Part shown: piece by piece, positions 12,050 to 24,622 of the stretch
Position numbering within the stretch: the stretch's first letter is position 1
How the letters are laid out: each line of letters starts with the position of its first letter
Source of the DNA: Takakia lepidozioides
Lineage: Eukaryota; Plantae; Bryophyta
Assembly: GCA_030704615.1 (NCBI GenBank)
Contig: CM060731.1
Location: 59,644,001 to 59,708,000 of the forward strand
Direction: 5' to 3'
DNA: 64,000 bases
Program-made: the position numbers and the translations under genes
Notes under the pieces: generated by a model
Seen by the model: only the letters and a program-made list of their open reading frames with translations
What the model was told of the DNA's origin: nothing
The model's database searches: none

Positions 12050-13560
12050 CGGCCTCTACAGAAGCATTGCGTAAATGAGCTTCATGATGACCATCTGTTT
12101 TTTCTTCCACTTCTTCTTGAATAACAGGCACCTGAACAAATTTCACAATGACAGCTCATTTGTTTTCTACGTCCTCTATACAAACAAACCCTAAATAAGC
12201 TATCATGATGACCATATGATTTTTTTTTTTCACCTCTTCTTCACAAACAAACCCTAATTTATTCATGATGACATCTGATTTTTTTTTCACTTCTTTTTCA
12301 ACAACAGAAACCTAAACAAGATTGACAATGATACAGCTCAATTGTTTTCACCTCTTCTTCACAAACAAACCCTAAATAAGCATTCATGATGACTATCTGG
12401 TTTTTTTTTCACCTCTTCTTAAAAAACAGAAACTTGAAGAAGTTTGACAATGATAGAGCTCAAGTTCTTTTTTCACCTCTTCTTCACAAACAATCCCTAC
12501 TTTTTTCATGATGACCATCTGATTTTTTTTTCACCTCTTTTTCAACAACAGAAACCTGAACAAGATTGATAATGATACAGCTCAATTTTTTTCACCTCTT
12601 CTTCACAAACAAACCCTAAATAAGCATTCATGATGACCATTTGGTTTTTTTTTCACCTCTTCTTCACAAACAAACCCTAAATAAGCATTCATGATGACCA
12701 TTTGGTTTTTTTTTCACCTCTTCTTCACAAACAAACCCTAAATAAGCATTCATGATGACCATTTGGTTTTTTTTTCACCTCTTCTTCACAAACAAACCCT
12801 AAATAAGCATTCATGATGACCATCTGATATTTTTTTCACCTCTTCTTCAATAACAGAAACCTTAACAAGTTTGAGAATGAGAGCTCAATTTTTTCACCTC
12901 TTCTTCACAAACAAACCCTAAATAAACATCATAATGACCATCTGATTTCTTTTTTCACCTCTTCTTCAATAATATAAACATGAACAAGTTTGACAATGAT
13001 AGAGCTTAACTTTTTTTTTCACCTCTACTTCAATAACAGAATCTTAAACAAGTTTCACAAGCATACCTCAATGTTTTTTTTTACCTCTTCTTCACATAAA
13101 AACCCTAAATAAGCATTCACAAGGACCATGTGTTTTTTTTTCACCTCATCTTCAATGACACAAACCTGAACAAGTTCCACAATAAACCGCTCATTTTGTT
13201 ACACATCTTCTTCACAAACAAAGCCTAAATAAGCTTGAAGATGACCATATGTTTAATTTTCACCTCATCTACATTAACAAAAACCATTGCTTGTTTCACA
13301 ATGAGGGGTCATATTTTGGGGCCTGTTCTTGCCCATCCTCATTATTTTTAACCTCTCCTTCAATATTTCATCCATCCATCATCCATCCACCATGGATGAA
13401 ATACTGGAAACGTCATATAGCTTGACAATGAGCATCCAAACTTTTCTTGCCTCTTGTTCATGCAATAATCCCTAAGTAAGATTCATGATGACTCACCCAG
13501 CCTTTTTTTTTCACCTCTTCTTCAATAAGAAAACCTCAGTAAGTTTCACAATGACCATTT
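12050..13560. repeat. Tandem array of ~60-bp units of two interleaved types
   Basis: Unit A is TTCACCTCTTCTTCACAAACAAACCCTAAATAAGCATTCATGATGACCAT(C/T)TG(T)n. Unit B is TTCACCTCTTCTTCAA(C/T)AACAGAAACCTGAACAAGTTTGACAATGATAGAGCTCAA(T)n. More than 20 units; near-identical A units at 12590-12830. Confidence 0.95.
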
Positions 13561-14689
13561 TCTAGACCCCTTTTTTAAGCGCTATAACTGCTTCCACGAC
13601 AATAGGACCCTCTCTAAACAGAGGACTTGGGGTATGGGGCCTGCTTCTTCCTCCACTAAAACCCTGGGCTCACGCTTAGAGGGCAAAGCGTGAGCCGAGC
13701 TCATGGGCTCACGCGGCTAGGCTCATGCCGTAGCTACGCTCGCCTTGGAACGGATGGATTGAAAACACGAATGGGGGTGTAAAGGTTAGCCTGAATGCAG
13801 AACCAAGTCGGAATGGTCAGGCATTCGTAGGAGAGGTAAGCAGATCGGGAATGAAAGGAAGTTCAGCCGACGGCGAGGAAGGGAAGGGATCCAGTGCAAT
13901 CGTCATAGAACGAGGGCAGCGATGGATCCGTTGAGCTTTCTCTCTCACACACTCTCTCTCTCTCACCGCGAAATGCGGAGCTACATCACGCATCAAGTTT
14001 TCAAAATTGAGTGATATTCAAAGTTGCATAATTATGTGAAAAGATATACGCAATGTCTTGAGACAGAAACTTAATCATTAAATTGACAATGTATTCAACG
14101 TGAGTTGGTAGCCATTGAAAATGAGACGGTTTTGGTGTTGCATTGTTGTTGTCGTTCAAAACAACAACGATTTGCTGTTGACCCATTTTCTGAGTGTCTA
14201 AGTTCTGATTTTCCAGAAGGTTTTATTGATGTGGCAAATTTCGAAAGTGAAAGAAGGCGTAGTTTTTTTTTTTTCTTTTTTGAAAAGAGCCCCAGATAGG
14301 CCAATATATTAAAGGAGGAAAAAATAACCTCCATGACATACCATGGAGGCTGATGAAGGGGACACTACCCCGTAATAATATTTGGAAATCAACATTGAGG
14401 GCATAACATTGACAGTGCAATGAGCTATTTTAAAAACAATAGGTTCAAAGTGTAGACTCTCGTCACCTTGTCTGTCATCATAAAGTAGTTGGAGAGGCCT
14501 ATGAGAAATAAGTTGATCACCCACAGAAAAGATTATCTTTTTACTTACTCCAGGATAGCAGTCAATTTTATCTGCGGTACAATTGGTACAATTGGTTCTG
14601 GGTTTATCATCATTTTCATGGGCTATAATAGTGTGCAATGAGACCTGCTAGCAGTATCATGAGTGCACTCCTATGGTTGCTTGATCTGC

Positions 14690-17600
14690 TTATTGATCAT
14701 CATTGTCCTCCCCATCACTGCTGTCGTTGAACATGGATGCCATGCGCATGGCCAGTTCAGCAGCCATCTCTCGCCGTTGTCTATCAGACATGGTCAGCAT
14801 ATTCTCTCGCATGCTGGCCATTTCATGCATCAACTGCTCTAAATCCTCCAAACCATGCTCCATGCCATCCTTGACCCTATTTTCTTTCACCAAACCACGG
14901 CCCACTTGCTGATCTGATAACACCTCTGAATGTGCTTTGATGCCGATAGGCAAGTCAGGTGAAATGGCAGAGGTTTCTAGTTCAATCATACTGTCAGACA
15001 TTTCCACCACAAAAATCTGTTCTTCAATCTCATTGACCCTCGACTCTGCATTGCATGCCAAGCTTGAAGGCACTGAGGCATCTGTGTCCTCATTTTGGAT
15101 TTTTTCATGTTGCTGGGTATCCATCACTGGGATGACAACAGCAGTGGCCAACTCACGTTCTCCACTAGACGTAATGACATCAAAGGCGGGTGCATCAGAA
15201 CCTGTAAAGCTCCAGAGATCCTCACAGCCATCCCAGGGCTCTGTTGATGCATTTGACAGAAGTTCGTACTCAATGAGATAGTCAGCTTCCTCCTCGCTCA
15301 AAACCCCTGTAAATCCCATCAAATAAATATTCGGAGCATACAAATTCTGCATTTGAACTTGAGCATTAAGTTCAATGAAAGGTTGTAGTGTTGCTGACAC
15401 TCGCCATGTATCATGCAAAATAGTATGCCAATGTAGTGAAAACTTCACCAATAAGGTAAACCTCGGTGCCAGCTATACTCTTATACTCATGTATACTATT
15501 TCACCAGCTAGCCAGTGAGATCCCAGTAAAATCTAAAGCTTCTAAGAAGTCTGGACACACTACTACTTGCTTTACAAATACTAATGCATCGGCCTGAAAA
15601 GATGTGCCTGGTATAATTTTCATATGACATTATCAGTACAATGAGACCCCTCAGGGTGTACACCATTTCTATATAAGGACGCTATGTCACTTTTTAGCAT
15701 GTGCTACATGACATACTCTTGAAAAGCAAACAACCCCAAATGGAAAACTTTTTAATTAGTATTTGCCTGTAGGGCCCCAGCACCTGCTGCCGAGAAGGTA
15801 AATCTTCGTAATTGGGCTACACTACAATGTCATGCAACACAAATCCATTAGGATTGAAATCGACTGTGTGCTCAGAGGGGTGTTTCATTAAATAACCCAA
15901 CAAAGTAAAATCACTGGAAATTGAGAAGAGAGAGGAGGGTAAGCACCTTCAGATTCTTGTGACACTGCTGCAACCTCAGTCAACTTGCTGAGGGGCTTCA
16001 TAACCAGCTCAGGCCACATGTGTGCTGACAATGCACCTTGAATTCGGGCAAGCCCTTGGAGGTCCCCATCTACTGATATACCTGCACCCCCACACAATAC
16101 ATGCTTAACCTTCAAAAAATCACTTCTCCACAATCACTGAAGGTCTACACAGGCTACACAGTTGATGTTCAATTTATCTCCAAACTGCTCTGTCACTACT
16201 GTTCCTGTCACCTTACCTGAACAACATCTCAGTGAACGTTAGGCGAAACCCTTCCCCTCACCTCAAGGAGACCTAACTGAATTTCAGGTCAATCCACTGT
16301 AACAGATATATCATCAACCCATGCATGCAACATGAAAAATTCGGACTGACTAGTGGTTTTGAGCACTAGGAATAACATGCCTTTAAGGGTACTGTGTTCA
16401 GAGGGACCCATCAATGTGTACCTCTTTATCTATTATCTGTCCGGGGTGAGTTTGGCATCCCTCCCTTAAGCTCCCGATGAGATGAATTCAAGGTCAGATG
16501 GTGGGGTCAGCTGCAACGTGTCAGATATCCTAAGTTAATCGACTCTATATCTTGGAAGTAGGTGTCAAACAGGCTAAGTCCTGGCGGAAGAGGGTAGAAG
16601 AGATTCTGAAATCTAAGTCCGCAAGTCTTGACCCTGCTGGATAAATCTGACTTGGAGGCTGTAGTGTCCAAAGCCATGTCTGTTGCCAGGAGATTCTGAT
16701 GAAAATGAAGTTAAGCAGAAAAACTTCCCCGAACTTGTTTCCAGTCTGTGACAAGGGAGAGGTCATCATGGATGACCTCAAGGGTTTACCCTCTCGGCAC
16801 TAGACCGAAATTTAAACTCAGGGCGGGAAGCCTACCTTTGAACAGCTCACAGATGCAGAGAGGAAGGGGGCATTGCAAATACCTGTTGTGTGGGCAACCT
16901 GAAGACAATATTCATTTTCTGATTCACTGTCCTGGGTACTCTCACCAGAGAGACGCCCTCTTCCAATCCATAAAGGGAGTTGTGCCTGTACCTCTGATGT
17001 GAAAATCTCAAGGCTGAGCCAAAAGCCCAGGCCCTTTTTGGGGCCTAGTTATTGGGCAAATCACACACAGCAGATTGATGCTTGTGTGAAGGGATTTCTA
17101 GAGGATATCTGGAAACCTCGGATCAATTATCTGTTCCAAGGTAAGTCATACTACCGGTGTCAGACCCTGACAAAGGTAGTTTCTGTCCCTTTGTGTTCCG
17201 CTCAAACTGCGCGGGGTGAATGGCCACAAGGCTACAGCAAACAACGTCTTATGAGTACATTCTTACAACCTACAACAGATGCCAACGCATTATTCTCCAG
17301 TTTCTTCCGAGTAGTAGAAAGGACATATAAAGCACACATCTCCTCAATTTTCTCTCTGACACTTCAGTAAAAAACCTGCTTTATGTGGACAGCTTACATT
17401 TATCAAAAATCTCATTGATTGCACATGCCTCAACGTACTCAATACCCTTCTCACTGCACCATTCAATGCATGAGCGGCGCCTGTCCTCGAGTGGTTCCTG
17501 ATCCGCACCCAGCAGCAATTTACTACCCTCCGTGTCATGAATGCCAAACTCCATAAACTCAGGATGAGGATCGGTTGATGACTCCCCACGATTCTGCAAA

Positions 17601-19138
17601 ATTCGACGGTACTTTGTATGCCCGAAGTGCGAGGGCACACAGTCAGCCTTGTTGCCTACACACAGCAGTATCTCGAAAGTCTTCAGGTCCACTCCTAAAA
17701 CCCATTCCTGTATCTCCTGAAATGATGATGACTGCGAAGCCAAGCAAAACCAAACACTGGCCAATCACAAGATTGAAGAAGATATAAGCACAGGCTACAG
17801 GTCAGACCCGAAGTAATATGCTGATGTGTGCATCCAACAAGCTGTGACTGAAATTCTTGTATGTACGGCACTAGGTTAGGCAACCTAAGAAAATATGCTT
17901 CCACTAGCCAGTTGGCAGATAGGCAGGTGTGTAGTTGTCAAGATAGCAATACCAGCAACTTACTCTTTGGTTTGCTGATGTTGCCCTCATACACTTTCCA
18001 TATGCCCAACAGCTGGAATCACGTGCAATAGACTTCGATATTGACCTTTCCACTATTGTCCTGGAAACTAGTGCTGGCCAATCTGGTACACCTTGCATCT
18101 ATCATTTAGTGGAATAGGGAGAAACCACATGGTTATGATAGAATGTCAAGCGAGACTTGGGGGAAAAACGGGTTGCTCACATTGCTCAGGTCAAAAACCA
18201 TGACCAGAGCCTCGCAGTGTCCTGCCAAAGACTGTGCTCGACTCTCATTGTCTGTCTTGTCCTTAAGGCACACCATCCACACACACACATCGGCTGTGTA
18301 GTACTTTGTGTCGATTGTCCAGCTGTCCTCCAAACCACACAACAAAATGTCACATTGATGATAAAAAGTTGTTCCAGTGCAGTCTTGAGAGAAGTTCATG
18401 GGATTGGGTAATTGGTCAATGGCATTGCACGTGATATGCATATATGAAACTGTTATTCCAACTTATTTGATATTGTCCAAGGTGTAGCTCCAGGCTGTAA
18501 CCTCCCCAAAGCTCTTCAAAATTTTCGTTAATCAGTTACTTGAAGATGTGGAAAGTGAAGGCTTTGGTTTAAAGGTGGGTGACGCCGCCATTCCAGCCCT
18601 TATGTTTGCGGATGACTATGAAGGCCAAGGAGTTGATTGATTGTGCGAGGAGTTGATTGATGCCTACCCATGGCAAGTCACCCCTGTCGACGATGTGGCC
18701 ATCACAGACTCCCGTTTTGAAGTTAATCCTGTCAGACCACGTTCCCCTCAAACATTAAGAATCTAACAACCCATCTGTCCTAGACACACGATGACGCACA
18801 TCTCAATTGCATGTGATCAATCCTTTGCTGCGGTCGCCGTGGATTCTCAATGCAAGCCACGGCATTTACATTCAGACTCCTCTACCCTGAGTGCATCAAA
18901 TTATCGTGGAACAAAACTCCTAAGTCAAGAACAGCGAAACCCCCATAGAGCCATGTCTTGACAGACATTAACATCATCTCGACTAAATAATCAATTCGAC
19001 GGAGGAAGGAAACACACTGTTGAGGATAGTACGCTTTCCCACATCGGGTGGGCCAACAAGCAAAATGCTAGGCCTGCCTGTCAGTAACCTGGCTGCTTCC
19101 GCTCCCTCCTGTATTGCAGCAGTTACCTCCATCCCCAT
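14690..19138 (-). CDS. AAGAB: Alpha/gamma-adaptin-binding protein p34 (AAGAB/Irc6)-like GTPase-fold protein, 6 exons
   Basis: Exons at about 19138-19018, 18728-18668, 18322-18181, 17731-17398, 16081-15947 and 15306-14690, all with GT-AG introns. Motifs: ILLVGPPDVGKRT, WTIDTKYYTADV, CEALVMVFDLS, LLCVGNKAD, EWCSEKGIEYVEAC, RIQGALSAHMWP, and C-terminal RRxMAAELAMRM. Confidence 0.9.
16420..17265 (+). mobile_element. 5'-truncated LINE 3' end in intron 4 of the AAGAB-like gene
   Basis: KFKLRAGSLPLN...CKYLLCGQPEDNIHFLIHCPGY (RT-associated zinc knuckle), then IDACVKGFLEDIWK and a 3' UTR shared with 29050-29480. Confidence 0.75.
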
Positions 19139-19259
19139 CCTCTCTTATCTTCGTTCAATCTTCAGAAGAGTATAGGTCTGCTACAAGGCTGTCCCTCACA
19201 CCACGAGAACTCAAAGATGATCGCAAAGATCAACGGAAGAGGAGTAGCAAAGTACATGA

Positions 19260-20424
19260 ACGAAAGCAGGCAAGAGAGGGTCAGTAGCTAGCACCACTCT
19301 TCAAGCGAAGTGTCGGGGAAAAGGAGGAAGACGATGCAGGCAGGAGATGAAAGAGGCGCGGATGGATGAAGAGGGTGACAGGCGGATGGATGACGGTTGA
19401 GGAAATGGATGAAAACGTCAGAAATTGGATGACGGCAGCCAGTGGTACATTATAAGGGTTTCTAGAACATGGATGAATAAGATGAGGTCGCACCACAGAT
19501 GGATGAACTGAAATAGTTCATCCATCTAGGGGAAATATTGGCAGCAGCTAGATTTGGGGAAGTAGCTAGAAGGATCTCATAAGCGGTGCACGTTGAAAGG
19601 GGGAGTAATATCCGCAGCACGCAGGGGTAGATTAGACGAATAAAGACCTTACAGTGACAATAAATTGGTAATTTATCAGCGCACCGTCTGGTGTGGATGA
19701 TGACACCAAGAGAGAATATAAGCAGGCCTTGCGAGGGGATAAGCACTGGTTACCTTGTGGAAAGGGGGATTAGAGACAGGTTTACAACAAGTATGCCGGT
19801 TGTGAGTTTTCATCACGGAGGTGCCACTAGTTGCTGAGGGAAGTGCCGGTACGAGCACTAGCGATACTAGTGGGTACACGAGACGAGGTGTGCGGTTTAG
19901 AGATGATGTTGTGGTGCAATTGCTTGAAGCTCTTGGTCCATGGAAAACTGTGTTTCCAATCTGTTTACTGATCAAGACTTGAGGAGTTTGAGAGCTTGGA
20001 GTCATGAAGGAGTTAAGCATTTGGAGCAGCAACGGCGGATTCTACTAGCAGTATGGCCAGGAGTAAGGGGATGTTACAATCATCTTTCATAGAGTTCTCT
20101 TTCACAAATAGAGGGACCTTGGAGTGATGATGAAACTTAGCATAGAGGTAGGCCATTTAGTCTAGGCTCATCCAATTCAGTTTGCAAGATAGAGAGAGAT
20201 ACACCTAGGGTGAGGTGAGTTTCCAATGGGCTGATTAGAAATCAACAAACAAACAAACAAACTAGAGAGACAATTTACTACACTAGACATATTTGTTTCC
20301 AGGATAGCATACTAGATGGCACGAGTGATATCATCTCTTCCGCTGTGTTGTCATTTGTGTCATCAAACTAACCAGGTTATGCTAGTATACTGAACATGGA
20401 TGTCTCCATTTTTGGTATCAGAGC
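19260..20424 (+). mobile_element. LTR-retrotransposon relic: LTR-like sequence with a tRNA-iMet primer-binding site
   Basis: LTR-end-like GGGGATGTTACA near 20066-20077, and CA-TTTT-TGGTATCAGAGC with the PBS at 20413-20424. No gag/pol is recognisable downstream. Confidence 0.5.
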
Positions 20425-20572
20425 AGGCGGTCAGAGGACCATAGGCATAGATAGATGATGATAAGTAAGGAGAAGAAGTAAGAAATTGTAAAGCAACTCA
20501 ATGGAGTGTTTGACATTTTAGCTATGAACTAAGCATCTCTAAAGATTGAGAAATTCACGTTATCCATATCCG

Positions 20573-20920
20573 TTGGCCCATTCAATGAATTTCGTTTGAT
20601 CTCATATTTATCCGAGACCTGCTATATGATATACTGAACATACTGGCAGAGTTTGAAAGCAAAAAAATCATTTGGATGGGCAACCATGATTGGCCCATTT
20701 AATGAATTTCTTTTTATCTCATATTTATCCGGGACCTGCTATATAATATACTAAATATATTGGCAAAGTTTCAAAGCAAACAAAAATCATTTGGATAGGC
20801 AACCATGATTGGTCTATTCAATGAATTTCGTTTGATCTCATATTTGTCCGGGACATGCTATATGATATACTGAACATAATGGCAAAGTTTCAAAGCAATT
20901 AAAAATCATTTGGATAGGCG
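20573..20920. repeat. Three tandem copies of a ~118-bp unit
   Basis: TTGGCCCATTCAATGAATTTCGTTTGATCTCATATTTATCCG... starts at 20573, 20690 and 20809. Confidence 0.9.
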
Positions 20921-22085
20921 AAGAAATCATTTCTTCAGGTGATCAGTTTCAGTGTAACAAACATTTACAAAATTGCCAGGAATATCGAAGCTAGACCGCT
21001 CTATTCAGAGTTCTGAGGCCTCACATGTGCTGAGTCGTGTTTATGACGGCTACATTGTTGGGACATTGTCACAAAGCCACCACCACAAAACTCGAAGCAC
21101 AAAATTGGCCTTTTTCCTTCGCTGGACGTAAGAAATAAAATATGAGAGTAGAAGTCCAAGAATAAGAAATAATCGCAATGCATATGGGTTGAGAGAGTGC
21201 AAGGTGTAAAAGAGCAGCTCGGGGACCCACAACGGAGCCTACAAACTCTTGACGGTATCAATTTCGAATTTCCAGGTCAACAAAAATTGATACCACTTCA
21301 ATTCGAAAAGCAGTTCATCCGGAATCAGTGCAGAGAAATTTGAAACCTCTTGCGGAACAATCTGCAGTGACGATAACACTCTTATAATTATTAACCAGAA
21401 GAGTAGTCAAAACTACATACTACAATAATAAATGAATTCTAGGTATAAATTCAATTTTGCAGAGCAATAATAAATAAATAAAATAGCCTATGCATAATAT
21501 GATGAGCAGCAACTTCATAATTCGCGTGACAATTATGTTGTAGGGATCACAATAGAAAGTTACATTCGCATCTGTTCCCGGTTGACATATTGCAAAGAAT
21601 TCAACACCAATAGCTTCATCTCATGCCATGGCCTGCGTCTACAATATCACAATCCAGATGTAGTAATCCAAATGAAATGAACATCAAAACCTACATTGAA
21701 TGCTCACAAATCTTCATATAAAATTGAAAAGTCACATTGTTATCTTGTTACCTTGACCGAACTATTTTTCTTATTGCACCTCCCTCCATACTCACACTAA
21801 CTTAAGCGACACTTAAGATGTTACAACCAAGAACATCAAGGAAAAAAACACAATATCGCAACACACTAAACAACCTTTGCCAAAAATTGGTCACTTAGCC
21901 CCGGATGACACAGATCACATAGAAAGCAACCAAACACGAGCATTCAAATTTTTTATAGAAAAAAACACAAAGCTCCACGCTCAACCGACAATTGTCTTGA
22001 AGCATCAAATTCACATACAAACAACACAACAAACTACCTTTGCAAGAACTGATCATCACTGAAAGCTCTAGATGTCGGAATACAC

Positions 22086-23200
22086 TGAAAGCGCAACCAA
22101 AACTGCAAAGTAAAAATTATAAAGGACGATTCTCACTAATGCACCAACGAGGGGGTGAATCATGGATGTATCCCAACAAAGACTTACCCGAGAACATAGA
22201 GCCATGTCGATTGTCTGGCCAATCGGTTGTTTTTTGAACTGGGACACAACCTCACAGAGAATGACATACCGGTTCACCTGCAGTGCCTCAAATTCCAAGT
22301 CCCTGATCTTTAGGTATTTGTTCTGTGATCCTCGTGTTTTGTTCTCCAACAGTCATGATTGCTTCCAGGGTTACTCCATCCTCCCCTTCAAAGGGGTTTT
22401 GTCCCTTGAGAAGATGAGTGACTCCCTCTCGATGGGGACTCATCTCAGAAGGGTCCCTGAATGTAGGGGAAACCTTATGCACCGCCAGGTATTGATATGG
22501 TTTAATGGATCATTTACAATCCTGGCGTGCCCTTGCACACAAACTTCACAACCTCCAGATGACCCTCCATCTGCACCACAAGCAGCCACAAGTGAAAACT
22601 AATGCACCAACCTATGTGCCATAGGCCACAATTGAAATCTACTAATCCCACAACCAATGTAGATAATCTTTCTTAGCTTACTTTTTATCAAGAAGCCTCA
22701 CATGTCTGCTAACCCCACAAGAAAGAAGGCTCTGCAACCATGGTATCATAAAGAAACTTCAAGAAATTTTTTGCATCGATTTAGTGACCAAACATCCTGC
22801 ACTAAAAAGATGAGGAGCTTGGTTCAATTTTTGTTCAACATTCCAAAATATCTTATCCATTGTCAGATATAGCTTGGAGGACCACGGAGTTCATGCTCTT
22901 CCTGCTACAATAGTGGTTTGCCGATACTACAATTACTCTCTTGTTGGGATTCTTGGTTCTAAATTGCTCATAAAGGACAGTTCAAGAAACTTCTTCCATA
23001 ATACCAACTCTTTACAGAAAATCCAAGAATGTTGGTAAGACATTGTTTCGTCATCTTCGATTAAAGAAAACCTAATCCTCACTACAAGTCTCACCTTCCT
23101 TAGCTAAAGATATGAGATCCAGCCTAAAGCTACTTGACATTGTGTGCACTCGAAAATCAACCAATCACATCCATCACAAGCCACCAAAACTAACCAAACG
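22086..23200 (-). mobile_element. Probable degraded Copia-type LTR fragment
   Basis: TGAAAG...GAGGGGGTGAAT at 22087-22160 matches the reverse complement of the U5 end of Copia/SIRE LTRs. The right boundary is uncertain. Confidence 0.35.
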
Positions 23201-24164
23201 AATTTCATATGCCAGAGAGCACAAATGGTAATCGTGGGGCGGGCTCTTACACGCAGAAAATTACAAAGAGAAATCAGCCCTGGTTCTTTACGTGGGGGTG
23301 ATCGGCATTAACCCCTAATGGACGAGGCGACCCGTTTCGGGTCGCATCAAGGTGGCTACAGAATTCATCCACGATGTAACTTCGTCGGATGACATTGGAT
23401 GAAAACAATTTCTGAACGAAAGTTGTGCGCCTTGATGTCATGCACCCGCCTGTCTTTATGGCACCCTAAAATAATAAAATCCCTGCCGTCAGTGATTTTT
23501 TTTAGTGTGCAGGGGTATCCAAATTTGGGTGGTTCAGGGCCCTCCAGCACCTTTGACCTAGTGACATGGCAGGCTAAAGGGGTGAGGGGGCGATAAAAAA
23601 CCGGCGACGGGTTTAGGCATGGGGTTGCATTTCCGCCCGTGCGGATACACCCAGGCACCTGAAATAATGATGATGACGGGCCCGGCAGGTGGCGGGAGCG
23701 GCTGGGTATCTTCTTGGGCACAGAGTCTCCAGCCTTCCTTGCACCTTGCTTACGGGCAATTTCTCTCGATTGTCGCTGCTTTATGTTTTTGCTGCGCTTG
23801 TTTTTGCTATCGTCACATGTAGGTGATTTGCAAGGGGGGGGGGCTTCTATGTGTGCTCATTATGAGCGCAGCTCGAGCTGCACAGCCACACATTTTCCAT
23901 GCAGGAAACCAGCGGGAGTCGTTCCGTTTTGCGAGATATGGCCTTGGAACTTGATCTTCCTGCTTTTTGTGCATTGACGATGTTGTTAGGGTTCAATTTG
24001 GAGGCGTTGCTGCTTGTACTACCTGCCGTCACATATGCTAATGTGCGCTGCTTTTGTGTGTGTTCATTTGTGCTGCATTTTTGTATCTTCATCTCACATG
24101 TTTTCTACATAGGCTTGCATTCATTGGGGTGAGTTGGGGTAATTTGTGTGGGGTTAGGGAATGG

Positions 24165-24622
24165 ATGGCACCTAAACGCAAAGCCTTGGATGTAGGTGAG
24201 CCACCACCACCTCCACTCGAGCTTGTAGGTGAAGCGGAGATTATAAGGGATTGGGCTGTGAGGGACTTGTGATGGAGCAACATTGCACTGAGGAGCAGTG
24301 CAAGGTAATCTTAGGTTGCATGTGTCCAGAGTTTTTGTGTAGTTTGCCTCCACTGCCACTTGCAAATCGGTGGCCTCGTCACCCACGTCCTCACAATTTC
24401 CGCTTCTTGTTTAGGCGTCAAGTCGCTCTTGTTCTTGGTTGGAGAGAGAGACGAGAGGAAGGAGACAAGGAGGGTTTTAGTGATGCCATGAATTTGGTTC
24501 TGAGAGAAGATGTCTGGCCCGATGCCGACAGTCAAGTGTCTGAAGGACATGGCTCGTGCAAAGAGAAGTATTCCTACAAGTGTGATGGCCCCTCCCAAAG
24601 GGGTAGTGAGGAGAAAAAGTAA
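24165..24622 (+). pseudogene. Second, upstream ORF of the piggyBac element, function unknown, one frameshift
   Basis: MAPKRKALDVGEPPPP... (NLS-like) continues after a frameshift into EQHCTEEQCKVILGCMCPEFLC...HNFRFLFRRQVALVLGWRERRE...LVLREDVWP. Its end overlaps the putative transposase start in another frame. Confidence 0.45.

Noticed and set aside
12050-13560. CRISPR array
   Set aside because: The intervals between anchors are themselves repeated (two unit types) rather than unique spacers. There are no cas genes, and the context is eukaryotic.
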